A DNA stretch of 62,834 nt, the filler included. It is 22 parts of 22 records of this genome, joined end to end, with 100 filler letters (N's around TTAATTAATTAA, not from the genome) between each part and the next. Parts side by side here need not be neighbours in the genome. Positions count along the whole stretch, not along the records: positions 1 to 2,989 come from SRR16133337_56779; positions 3,090 to 5,499 come from SRR16133337_56872; positions 5,600 to 7,900 come from SRR16133337_57430; positions 8,001 to 10,036 come from SRR16133337_57511; positions 10,137 to 14,397 come from SRR16133337_57563; 17 more parts are not named here. One strand, 5' to 3'. Of this stretch, positions 1 through 11,323 are shown piece by piece. The notes under the pieces were generated by a model. That model saw nothing but the letters and a program-made list of their open reading frames with translations. It was not told the origin of the DNA and made no database searches. Positions within the stretch are counted from its first letter, which is position 1. Every line of letters starts with the position of its first letter. The position numbers were made by a program, and so were the translations under genes.

Positions 1-2989
1 TTTCGGAAAAATTTAACAACATTTTGTGACCAAAGTATGCTTTTACCGATTTTCGTTAAAAACTTTTTGAAAATTAAACTGCGCGTCACACAAACAAAAC
101 TCAGTAGAAAAGCATACACCCAAATTTTTGTGTTGTATTTTAGAAAGTAAAGTGTGCATACATTTAGTTGAACGGTAATTGTAATTTAGCTGAGAATTGC
201 ATTGTAATTTTAGAATTGTTCATCTTCTCTTGAATCCGGCGATTTCAAATGCAAGAAATGTGTTGATAAAAGCACTGTAAGTACAACTTATTTTCTTGGC
301 AATTATTGCTCATTCTTGTTGTCAATGCACGCAAATAAAATTTACAACTGGATTAACTTCAACGTATTGAAGTTTGTAAAGTAGAATTTGGTGTGTTGTG
401 TGAGAGAGTGTGTGTTGCAGCAAAACCTCAACATTCCAAACTCTCACGAGTTCAGGTTATCAGATTACGCTAGTTTCGAATACGAATCTAAAATGTTTTT
501 GTTGGTTTATATACAATATGCTATCAGGTGGATGAAGATGCCTCGATCAATATGCCTACTGATTTGCTGTCTGCCAGTTCTGTGAAAAAGATTTCAAAAA
601 CACCTGTATGTACTTTCGACACGAAGAAACGTGATTGTCTCATCCATCCTTTCATATCACACAACCACTTTCGAATATAGGAGTTGAAACCCCTTGACAC
701 TCAACAAGCCAATCAAGTAAAATAGCGCAGGATGACACAACAAGATATTTTCAAGAGATACATCGTACTGCTACTTTTGTCACTTTTGCGAGTCAAACAC
801 CACATTTTTGAAATTACTAGACAGTTAGAAGGCAATGCTTACATTGTCAACGACATCAAAAACTAAAAATTCGTGATCTCATATTTCAAGGGCAGAAAGA
901 CACACATGTGAGAATGCAAAATGGGGTTTGAAAGTTGTACAAATTTATCATTATTGAATGTAAATCTTATTTGTCCTCCTTTTTTTAGAACTTACCTGTT
1001 CGCATTGGTCCTCTTCATGTAGGAGTGGATGTATTTTCACATGAAGGCCTTCAACAAATTGCTCATCGAGCAGGATCAATGGTGAAACAACAAGTAAATG
1101 TATGTTTTTTTCTGCGACGAACATGTGTTTTATTTGAAAATTTACGTTTAATACAAACGTTCTTATTTGTTTAGACACATGTACTTCGTTTGATGACACT
1201 ACCTGACTTACAAAAAAAGGTACGATACCACTAGACGTAAGTGCATGTCTCCGATTTCTTTCCAAAGACATTTCAATAAAATTCTTATTGCACGTAAACT
1301 ACGAGATATTTCACATCATATACAATTTTAAGCACTGTCAACATTGCGGTCACTTGCATAAATTTTAATATTACTTTGCGGGCTTGAAAGTATAGGTGAA
1401 GAGTAGGATTTTCGGGCAGGTGCTAAAAAATCGAATCAGAGTAAATATTTTAAAATTTGTTAATTTTACCACTTTTAAAAAAACAGAAGATAGTGTTACT
1501 ACGACAGAATCATACAATTAGCGCAGCAAATGGATGTGAAATAAGAGAGTGCAAAAAGATCGGTAGGAAGGAAGTGCCCAAGGAAAAAATACAAGGATTC
1601 TGCAAAAATAGTGCAGGGGACGATTGTGCATTGTTTTACAAACACGACAAATCGTTTTGGCATTTTTAAATTTTGAATTTTCATATCCCTGAAAATGCGT
1701 TGGAGTATAAAAAATTCCAACCGCTTGAATGTTATATTATTCACGACATCACAACATACATTGTTTGTCCGTTTATTTTTAACAGGTTGCTGATATCATA
1801 GCGGATTTCGATGAAAAACAGAAAATATTTGTCACTGCCGATCCCGCTTTGAATTTTTCGCCAGCATCAAAGTAAGTACTTTACATACATATGTCGTTAA
1901 GCCGTGCTCCTCACAATCAATCGTTGTGCCTGTTTTACTGATCATCTCACTCGGAAGGCGTTTTAGCTGTTATCCACATTTTTGTAATCTACGATGTACA
2001 TAAGTTTTGCAGGCGAACGTGATCATAATTTTTGTATCACCGCAGAAGGACTCTGCTCATTTCACAACATGCATGTTTTTTTGAAGACGTAAAAATACGA
2101 GACGTTCATTCACGTTAAACAATATTTATTTTGCTTGTTCAAAGTTTTTATACGTTTGAGTGTTTATCGCATGCACATTATAATGTCAGCACGCACGTTG
2201 AAGAGTATGGACAAAACTTTAGTCTTGATGTAGATTTTTGCTTGGATTAATTTTTTGTTGTGTACATAAAAAAGTCCAGGTATATTTATGGAAAAGATGT
2301 TTGAGGTGTTGAATTCTAAAAACTTCTTAGAATCTACAGTCACAACATATAGGAGCGATAATAAATTGACACGCTGTCATGAATAATCTAATATCATCGG
2401 AAATAGAAAATCTCCTTTTCGAGGAGGAAAGAATGTTTTTGTCTCCTTCAAACAATTTAATGCTATTTTTCACATGCGATACGAATGATTTTTAACATAC
2501 ATCACTTCGGAGTTTATCTATTTTATTTTATTCCTATGTTTTTCGTGTTTGCACTTTATGATCAAACCAAACGTTATGACAGTTGTCGAATTTCTTTTTT
2601 AGAAATGAACGAACGTTCGATAAACTGAGAGTAATCGTTTGTGTTAAGTGTTCCACTCTAACTGGTTGTTAACAAACAACGTTTTTATACGTTGCGAAAA
2701 TATGCTTCAACACGTTTCAAAACATGTAAATGTTTAAATTTTAGTAACCTTTTATCTTTTGGTTGTGAAAAATGCGGTACAGTGTGGGAACTAATATCTC
2801 CAAACTAATATTCCACAATGGTTATTCACATGTATGGATGTACAAAATACATGTCACCTAGTTTTTGAATGTTTTCATGTCTTGTGTTTACACATGTATT
2901 TCACACTGTGTCACGTACAATAATTTTACTGTGCATATGAAAGAATAAACTCAGCACCCCTAAGCTTAAAGTCTTTACTTTCAAAAACA

Positions 2990-3089
2990 NNNNNNNNNNN
3001 NNNNNNNNNNNNNNNNNNNNNNNNNNNNNNNNNTTAATTAATTAANNNNNNNNNNNNNNNNNNNNNNNNNNNNNNNNNNNNNNNNNNNN
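2990..3089. other. Artificial contig linker N44-TTAATTAATTAA-N44 (first of 21; others start at 5500, 7901, 10037, 14398, 16666, 21239, 23808, 26006, 28835, 31839, 35678, 38880, 43163, 45380, 47555, 49718, 52591, 54960, 57181, 59922)
   Basis: Identical 100-nt spacer with six-frame stop core repeated 21 times; composition and gene content change abruptly across each one. Confidence 0.99.
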
Positions 3090-3208
3090 GCAAAGGGACA
3101 AAATATAATGCTCTTTTGTTTTTTTTCATATTGTATATCCATTTTTTTTAGAATTTATGATTTGATACAGAAAAGCGTGTTATTTCAAAAGACAAAACAA
3201 ATTCATAC

Positions 3209-3811
3209 CGCCGAATTAGATAGCATAGCTACGGACCCGGTAGCACCTTCGCTTCTCTTAAATTCTGAATTCGTCACATTTGCGATTGCGCCTTCAACAT
3301 ACATTACACCTGAAAACAGCAAGTATAAAAACATGTGATTTAGTAAACAACAAATGTGGAGCATTTAAAATAGCAATGAAAAGAAACGTCGGAAACTATT
3401 CTCAAAACACATGATATGTCACAAGCAAAAATTTTTGATTCATCTTCACCACAATTTCAAACATTCTGAATCATTTCCGCGTGTATATTTGTCGGATATT
3501 GCATATTGTGGATATTATTTATCGGACCTACGTAAGTGTGCTTCAAAACTGTCAAAATACAATATTGTAGCAATTTTGTTTTTGTCTTGTTTACATACCA
3601 CCTTCTCGTGCATTACATCCATCCGAAAAAAACTTTGTGAAAAATGAATCAGATCCTTCCAAAAAAATAAATCCTCCAGAAGAAGCAGAGCTGTTCTGTG
3701 CAATGGTGTTTTTCAAAGTGACTATCCCTGATGTTTGTCGTGAATATATACATCCACCTAAAACGCTTGCCTCACAATTCTCAAACAAAGAATTTTCGAT
3801 GTACAGTCCTC
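3209..3811 (-). CDS. Partial spliced eukaryotic gene, GGxI/Y-repeat right-handed parallel beta-helix (pectin-lyase-fold / POMP-like) protein; exons 3811-3599 and 3309-3209
   Basis: AG/GT-bounded exons joined in phase 1. Translation: GGLYIENSLFENCEASVLGGCIYSRQTSGIVTLKNTIAQNSSASSGGFIFLEG...CNAREGG|VMYVEGAIANVTNSEFKRSEGATGSV, with recurring FxNC/N-x-A-xx-GG-x-I repeats. Confidence 0.65.
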
Positions 3812-6800
3812 CTAAAAACAAAATAGAAAAGAAAAAAGTGTAAATTCACTTTTGTGACGTACTCACATCTGTATACGGTGCGATGGAGGAAAGCTTACAT
3901 TTGAAAGTCAAAAACACCAATTTAACAGTGATGTTTTCGTATTTGATACTCATGTTACTCGTGTTCGAAACTATATTGCCGTTTTTTTGTGGAATGAACC
4001 AAGTTTTCATTGACAACAACTCGAAACCAAAAACAATACTTTCAAAATCCTTAGACAGTCTTCCACCTTGATAAATTTACAGAATGTTATCTTATTCCAC
4101 TCTGGATGCTTGACAACTGTTTACAAAATAGTAGGTTTACTTTTTATTTGCAAATGATCACACAATATGAGTGTTAGTGAATGTTTTGATATTAAATGTC
4201 CCAAAAATGTTTTCATTCAATAAATTCATTTTGTTTGTTATGTTTTTGATTTGTTTTCTATATTACAAAAATAACGCACGCGTACATCTTTCAAAGTGCG
4301 TAGGCGAGAAAATACTTTTGGGCTTCAAATATTTTAGTTTTGTCCCATATGCAAAAGCGCTCTTCAAAACTTACTTTATTTAAAAAAACCTCGGTATTTT
4401 CTGCAGGATAAAGAAAGTAACTTTATAGTAAAACGCTCGTGGTCCTGCTAAATACGGGATTTGTTTTTACTTTCAAATGCGAAAAACGTTTACGGAAACA
4501 CCAAAAGGTACATTTGTTGTTTTAATGAAATTGTTACAATATGTTTAATTTCCTAATAATTTGATAACCTCTTAATTAACGCTAGTATAAGAAATATTTG
4601 TAGTGCCATAAAAAATATTTAATGGTTCACTTCCGCAAAATAGACAACAAGAATGTTCTCAACAACGTTGTATGTCATTACTTGGCACAAATGAATCATA
4701 GACAACAAAACTGTGGATTTGTAAAAACAAAATGTAGGTTTAAGCTGTTTACACGAATGTTTTCATTTTTGAAAGTGAAAAATCCCATTACATATTGTAT
4801 TTTTCTATTTTCGTATTTTGTTTTCCATGCTTGAAAGTATAAACCGTCATTCCATCAATTTTTTGTACATTAAAACAAAATTTGACTGAACGCCACAAAA
4901 TCCTTAGAAAGTCTCCCACCTTAATAAGTGCTACACTATTGACTGTCTCAAATACAATAACTATTCATTTAATTACTTAATGTTTTTGATCAATTATTTT
5001 CTGTTTCACAAGGACATTCTGGTGTGTACTTTAACGCGTTCAAAGTGTTTAGATATTGACAAAATAGTTTGGCCTTCATATATTTTTTGTCCCATATGCA
5101 AAAGTAGGCTTCAAAACCTACCTTTTAAACAAAACAACGTTATATTTCGCAGGATTGAGAAATCATATCTGCAGTACCTTGATGCATTCAATTTCCTGCT
5201 AAATTTCTTTTTAGCTCAAATACATCGAATGTATGTAATTTGTTGACGTTTTTACTAAACTAATTTTTGGGTAACAAACAACATCCCAGGCCTACATTCT
5301 CGTTCGCAGTAAAGGTACTGATAAAATATTTTTAGAACCCCAAATATTTTTGTTTTGTCCCATATGTAAAAGAGGATCCTTCTCATTATTTTGGAGTAAT
5401 AAATTCGACAAAGAAAAAGAGTGTTCATTTTGGAAATAGTGCCCAGATATAAATTAAACAATGTTGTTTAGACGGACGTGTTCTACATTTGAGCAAAATN
5501 NNNNNNNNNNNNNNNNNNNNNNNNNNNNNNNNNNNNNNNNNNNTTAATTAATTAANNNNNNNNNNNNNNNNNNNNNNNNNNNNNNNNNNNNNNNNNNNNT
5601 TCAGTCAAATGGAAAATAAGCTCCAGTTGGGCTCTGTTATTTTTCGTTATTTTTGGTGGGTTTCAACTGTTTGAAAGGGAGAAGGGGCTGAAAGCCTCAG
5701 CCCATCGATGACAAATTTCACAGCAGTCGATCCAAAGTATTGGTGATTCACGTGGTGAAACCCAATTCATGTTGATGCAGTTACAGTTTTGAACTCATAT
5801 TGGGGATTAAAATTTTAGTACAGTCAAGTGCGGAAATCATCTACCCAATGTTTCTAAATTTTACTCAATTTCCATAAAAAGTTCCATAGCCTAATTTTTT
5901 TAACCTAAACTGCAGAATCTCGAAATAGCAGTTCGGCTCCGATACTAGAATAAAGTTTGATTTGAAGCAGGATAACGAATGATATTTTTTAAAAAAATGT
6001 AAAATTTGATAAAAAGACCACTCAATTACAAATACTTGATGTAGTTGTTGATTTCGGTGGCCGAAAGGGATTTAAAACTGTGAGAATTCTCACCAAGAAA
6101 TGCTTTCTTTTCAAAGAAACATGAAAATGCTTTTCTTTTCAGTATCACATAAGTTGTTTGTTTGTTTTTTTCAGTTGCAATTTTCTGTTCTTGATAAAGA
6201 TGTGTTGTGAATGGACTGCTCAAAAATGTGATCTTTTTTCAGGTTCTCTTGGATTCATGCAACATTTCATCTTTTTTTTGCCTGCAAAGCTGAAAATTAT
6301 AATCCATCGTTTTGTAATCTGTGTTTCGCAATTTTTGTGATTGAGTGCCATGATACATTATTTTTCTTCAAATATAATTTTTGCAATTTTGTGAAAGTGA
6401 AAAATGTGTTTCAGATCCGCAAAATACACAATCAATGTTCAGCTCATGAAAACACTAATATTTTCTTTTCACAAGATTGTCTGACTTCACTTTCTGTGCC
6501 TGAAGGGTGCTCTCATTATTTTGGAACTGCGCTGTTTGGATCCCGAAAAAAGGAGCCTCAATCTGGTTTTTAATAATTTTTTATGATGAAAATTCAATAA
6601 AATACGCAGTTTTTGGAATCCATGTTTGATGCCATGTGTCGTTGCACAACAAACAAAATTATTACAATTTACAACAAAACTGAAAAACAACCTAACGAAC
6701 TGAAATATACTCGCAATGCTTTGTGCATCACTTATCTTTCTTGGTACGTCACGCGCGCGATTGGAGAAAGAATTCCTTCTGCTCAAATCTTCATAATGTT

Positions 6801-8001
6801 TTTTTCCGTCTTAGAATTCGACGTAAAATTAGTTTCGTTTTTTGTGCTTTTTCTTTAGGAATTTTGGTGGGAGTGAAAAGTCAATTAGGTATGAATTTTT
6901 GTTTGTTTGTTTTTTTTTGCGATTTCTGTTGTATGAGCAGTAGTAACGAGTGGAAATTAATGTGGTAGAATGCGTGTTTGAACACATTTCCACCATCTTT
7001 TCATTGTCTTGCGCTTGGGCTTTGTCAGGAAATTTATTCGATATTTGTGAAAAATTACAAAAATAAATTGAAAACCCACAACTGGTCTCCAGAGGTGGGT
7101 GTCAACGTGTAGTAGAATTGAAAATTCATTTCCTCCCATTTTTGCTTGTAAGAATTGGACACTCAAAAATTTCACTAACATCCCTCTTTTGCAAGCCTAG
7201 CATTTGAACCATGTACAATGAAACAATTCGGAAGCAAGTCAGCGGAATATCCGACAACTCGACAAATGAAAGCTGGCCATGAAATGTTTCAAGGAATGTC
7301 CGGTGCTGGTGAATTTTCAGTTTAAAGTTTTCTCCTGGTTTAGAATAGTTGCATACTCATTTAATGGCAAAAATGCAATCGGCGTACGAAAAGGAGTGCA
7401 GAAAGGGTGAACGGGTATACTAATTTGTGTTTTTTTAATGAAATTGTCTGAGTTCAGAGATTTCCTCTGAGTTGACCCCAAAAGTATTTTCAAGAATAAA
7501 AGTTTTTTTAGAGTATGTTTTAGACATCTCCTCCGCACTTTCCCACCTCGCCGCTTTCCTTAACTCGTTTTACCAAAACAGAGAAATCCTCGTGTGTGTT
7601 TATTTTTTGCGGAAAGTAGGCCTGAAAAATTTATGAATGAATTTTTGGTGTTTTGAAAAGCTTATGGGATGTATTTTATGTGCTACATTTCCCTAAAAGT
7701 TTTGAAGGACACAGCTTCAATATACTTTTTGTGTCATCTTAAAAACACTTACGAAGTCAGCCCCCCCTAAATGTATACGGGGTGCGTTGATTTCGTAATT
7801 TGCAAATTGTGGTTGACATTTAGCTCAAGTTTCAAAATTGAGGTCAAAACACTGCCTTTTATCTTTTAAGATGTTATTAGTCGTTCACATTTGACGATTC
7901 NNNNNNNNNNNNNNNNNNNNNNNNNNNNNNNNNNNNNNNNNNNNTTAATTAATTAANNNNNNNNNNNNNNNNNNNNNNNNNNNNNNNNNNNNNNNNNNNN
8001 A

Positions 8002-10036
8002 ACTAATTTACCAAAGAATGCACCATCAGCGGATCTTTCTACATTTCTAAATGGTTCCCTAGCTTGTGTCTTAGGGTCAGATCTTAACAAGATCCATACA
8101 AACCTGCCAAAAAATGAGGTAATAGCTATGAACCAACTGATTGACCTTCAGAAAGAGAGAATCATCACTATTAAGCCTAATGACAAGACAGGTGGGGTGT
8201 CTGTGTTAAATACCACAGATTATATCAAGTCTATAGACACCTTACTTCAATCTAAGTTCACAGATTCTGATGGTTTTGATCATCCTTATTTTGAACCGCT
8301 TGAACCTAACCAAGCTGAGCAGATGCAATTCAATCACTTAGATGAATTAAAATCTGTAGTTAAGCAGGCAAAGGATGACTTGATCATTACCAGTGAGATA
8401 GCTGACTGGCTGGTTCCGGATGAACATGCCCCTGGCAGGTTGTATGGTTTAGTCAAGGACCATGTTGCTCCAGATAAGTGGCCTGAGGGTAGTACAATAC
8501 CACCTTTGAGGCCTGTAGAATCAGCTAGTGGCACTACTTTTGAGAATGCCAGCCATTTTGTTGATATACACTCTAACAATATGGTTAAGGAGCTACCTTC
8601 TTACTTGGAGGATACTCCTGATCTGCTCCGTAAGCTGGAACAGGAGAATGAGAAAGGCTCCCAGCCTCCAGGTACATTCCCAGTTACTTTGGATGTATCT
8701 AGCCTTTATACCAACATTCCCCTGGCTCAGGGTATCGAGATTTTTGAAGCTTACCTAGATCACAGAACAGATAAAACTATGCCCACAGCTTTCCTAATAA
8801 CTTTATTAACCTTAGTTCTAACTTGCAATGTGCTGACATTTAATAACCAATATTTTTTGCAGTGTATTGGTACTGCAATGGGAACTCGTGTCGCACCAAC
8901 TTTTGCTTGTTTGTTCATGGGTTGCATAGAGTTTTTAATGTTAAAAGCATGGAAAGGTGTGAAACCACACTTTTATAAACGTTTTATAGATGACATTTTT
9001 ATGCTATGGTCAGGCTCGGAAGAAGAATTAATTGCTTTTTTAACACATTTGAATAACTTTCATCCTTTCTTAAAATTTAAGGCCTCTTATAACATTGGTG
9101 ATAAATCTGTTGAGTTTTTAGATACGGTGATAAGTATCACAAATGAAGGTTTTATAAAAACTAATTTATATGTCAAACCTGGAAAACGTTGCACTTATCT
9201 TTTAAATTCTTCTTGTCATCCTAAACACATTTGTGAAAATATTCCTTATTCTCTTGCACTTAGATTAAAAAGAATTTGCAGTGAACATGTTGATTTTTTG
9301 TTAAATTTAGACATTTTAAAGACTACTTTAATGACTCGTGGTTATAAATCTAATTATATTATGAAATCATTTGATAGAGTTGTAAATATTGACCGCACTG
9401 TAGCTTTACAAAAAGTTGAAAAAAAGATCATTAACAGATGTGTTTTACCTTTAGTGTTTGACCCTAGATTGCCTAACATTTCAAATATTCTTTATCGTTT
9501 TTGGAAAGTTATGACTCAAAATCCAATATTGAAAAAAATATTTCCAGATCCTCCAATGGTTTGTTTTAAAAGACCAAAAAATCTTCGTGAATTTCTTATA
9601 AGAGCAAAATTACCCAAAGAAGTTTCAATTAGGAGATCTGCCCGCCCCAAATTAGGCTTTAAACATTGTAATCATAATTGTGTAATGTGTAATTATTCTC
9701 CTAAATTTGTCAATCATATAATATCATCAAAAACTAATATTAAAGTGCCCATTTTATCTGATTTAAATTGTTTGTCTAAAAATGTATTGTATTATATTTC
9801 ATGTACCAAATCTGAAAGACCATGTTCGACCAATAAACCTGAGTATATTGGTCAAACAAGTAGATCTGTTTGCGAAAGATTTCGTGAGCATAAATGCTCT
9901 GTTAAAGAAAATGCAACTTCAAGTGTAGGCAAACATTTTTATGAAAATGGTCATAATCGTAGTAATTTACAAATTGTACCTTTTGAACAAATTCGTAGTT
10001 CAAATCCATGGATAAGAATTTCAAGAGAAAAATATT
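8002..10036 (+). mobile_element. Penelope-like retroelement ORF: reverse transcriptase plus C-terminal GIY-YIG endonuclease (open at both contig ends)
   Basis: IKPNDKTGGVSVLN, LDVSSLYTNIP, GTAMGTRVAPTFACLFM, KRFIDDIF, FLD, SCHP...IPYSLALRLKRICS, CxxC linker, then NVLYYISC...YIGQTSRSVCERFREH. The frame is open from 8002 to the contig end. Confidence 0.93.
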
Positions 10037-10153
10037 NNNNNNNNNNNNNNNNNNNNNNNNNNNNNNNNNNNNNNNNNNNNTTAATTAATTAANNNNNNNN
10101 NNNNNNNNNNNNNNNNNNNNNNNNNNNNNNNNNNNNACATACCCAGCTACCGG

Positions 10154-11323
10154 TTAAATGCTCGTGATATTCATCCGTCCAAGATTGTGGAAACCAAGGC
10201 GTAGAGCCTGTTCCACTTTAAGGGAAGGGTCCTCCTTACGCGGTTCTTGTCCAGAAAAACGCGCGTACCACTGTAAAAATGTTTCTTGAGATGCCCAAGC
10301 TCCTCGTTCAAGAATACGCCGCACACTACAGCCTTGTAAATATGCAGTGGAACTCCAAACCGAACGGCCACTATGAGCCTTAAATTTTTTATCAATGCCA
10401 GCATTGTGCATTTCTTTTAAAATAATTTTGGAGATACGTTCTCGTGACAAGTCAGATGTTTGACCAGTCTTTGAAAGCGGTAAAATTAACAATGAAAAAT
10501 CGCCTTCTTTTCTGAAATTATGAGTGCGCGAAAGGTATTCACGAACCAAATGAGGTGTGGAGGTGTTCCACTCATTTTCAAACTTAACCGCACAGATTTG
10601 GATGATTGGTCCATAATCAGTTTTCGAGGAGCGCCAAGTTTTACCTCTGAAACGGCGAATAGTTAATTTTAATGAACTTTGTTCTGAAAATAATGTGACA
10701 GACTCAAAATGAATTTCGTGTGGACCACCCGCACGCCCCAATAGATCTGCATTTAGTGAAACAGTCAAAGAACTACGCAACTCATTTTCAGAGAGCTGTG
10801 TGAAATCCCCTTTGCGATGTAGGTGGTTCCACATCAAGGAGGGGTCCCATAATTCTGTTGATTTTGGAAAAACAGGCTTGTTGCGTCTGGTTGCTTCCAA
10901 AATTAATTTATGTAACTTTTGGGAGTTTAGCATTTTTCCCAGAAATGACCACATATCCAAAGTGGATTGTGCACTAGATGCAGTTGAACCTACATTAGAA
11001 CGTTCTATGAGAAAAGCTGTAGCTTCAGGGCTTTGAAAATCGAATAAGCAGCATGATTTTCGTCTGGAGAAATTGTACCAATTTTTCCATTGGGTGCCAT
11101 AACTTGAAAACGTGGATTTGGCCCGTGCTTGGATAACAAGGCTCGCAAACCCGTGTGAAATGCCTTGGTAAGCGAGGAGGAGCCTGACAGTTGGCAACAG
11201 ACTGTCACCCAAGGTGGGGTGTTGGCAAGCACATAATATTGAGGATTCGTGGACTGAAAAATCGGAATCGAGGGCATTAAGAGAGGAAAGTCTACCAACA
11301 AAGACACAAACAAGGGCCACCAT
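10154..11323 (-). CDS. DIRS tyrosine recombinase (with N-terminal SAM-like region); true start uncertain
   Basis: RAKSTFSSYGTQWKNW N-terminal motif; catalytic-type residues LLGR, GKT, AHSGRS (HxxR), GAWAS, TFLQWY. Confidence 0.88.
   Translation of the reverse strand: MVALVCVFVGRLSSLNALDSDFSVHESSILCACQHPTLGDSLLPTVRLLLAYQGISHGFASLVIQARAKSTFSSYGTQWKNWYNFSRRKSCCLFDFQSPEATAFLIERSNVGSTASSAQSTLDMWSFLGKMLNSQKLHKLILEATRRNKPVFPKSTELWDPSLMWNHLHRKGDFTQLSENELRSSLTVSLNADLLGRAGGPHEIHFESVTLFSEQSSLKLTIRRFRGKTWRSSKTDYGPIIQICAVKFENEWNTSTPHLVREYLSRTHNFRKEGDFSLLILPLSKTGQTSDLSRERISKIILKEMHNAGIDKKFKAHSGRSVWSSTAYLQGCSVRRILERGAWASQETFLQWYARFSGQEPRKEDPSLKVEQALRLGFHNLGRMNITSI

Noticed and set aside
1-2989. Candidate short exons (about 527-605, 682-716, 1786-1871 on +; 997-1080 on -)
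   Set aside because: Splice signals are plausible, but there is no recognisable product or consistent gene model.
3034-3045. Regularly recurring TTAATTAATTAA palindrome flanked by N runs, superficially array-like
   Set aside because: Artificial concatenation linker; not a biological repeat or CRISPR.
5600-7900. Short ORFs here and in contigs 47655-49717 and 60022-62834
   Set aside because: No recognisable motifs; consistent with intronic or intergenic AT-rich eukaryotic DNA.
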